Below are positions 18,355 to 18,389 of a stretch of 18,389 nucleotides of DNA, piece by piece (positions within the stretch are counted from its first letter, which is position 1; the number at the start of each line of letters is the position of its first letter). The translations under genes and the position numbers were made by a program. The stretch comes from Candidatus Cloacimonadota bacterium (GTDB taxonomy: Bacteria > Cloacimonadota > Cloacimonadia > Cloacimonadales > WRIO01). The stretch is from positions 1 to 18,389 of the forward strand of contig JAKQQL010000210.1 of assembly GCA_029564175.1 (NCBI GenBank). Reading direction: 5' to 3'. Below the pieces are notes generated by a model. It made no database searches. It worked only from the letters and a program-made list of their open reading frames with translations, and had not been told where the DNA came from.

Positions 18355-18389
18355 ATTACAAAACACACACAGCGTAGTTAAAAAATGAA

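Overview
A low-GC bacterial chromosomal segment. A secreted lamin-tail-domain protein with a FlgD-like C-terminus suggests a Cloacimonetes/FCB-like host, but that is inference only. Bases 325-11995 are a tightly packed minus-strand run read in this order: rsgA, NAD kinase, recN, DUF4349-like, NfeD, SPFH, eno, terminator, degenerate PilZ/receiver protein, lipoprotein, lamin-tail-domain protein. After an AT-rich divergent intergenic region (11996-12421), a plus-strand MacAB-like efflux operon follows (adaptor, permease, ATPase). It is interrupted by a GxxExxY nuclease-family gene preceded by four tandem ~113-bp hairpin units. Three signals stand out. (1) The GxxExxY-linked hairpin array: each unit carries an SD plus ATGAGT like the gene's own start, and a solo arm copy lies about 4 kb away. 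(2) A dense cluster of DnaA-box matches lies inside the lamin-tail CDS (1933-2096). (3) Several unrelated REP-like palindrome families are packed into the efflux-operon intergenic spaces.
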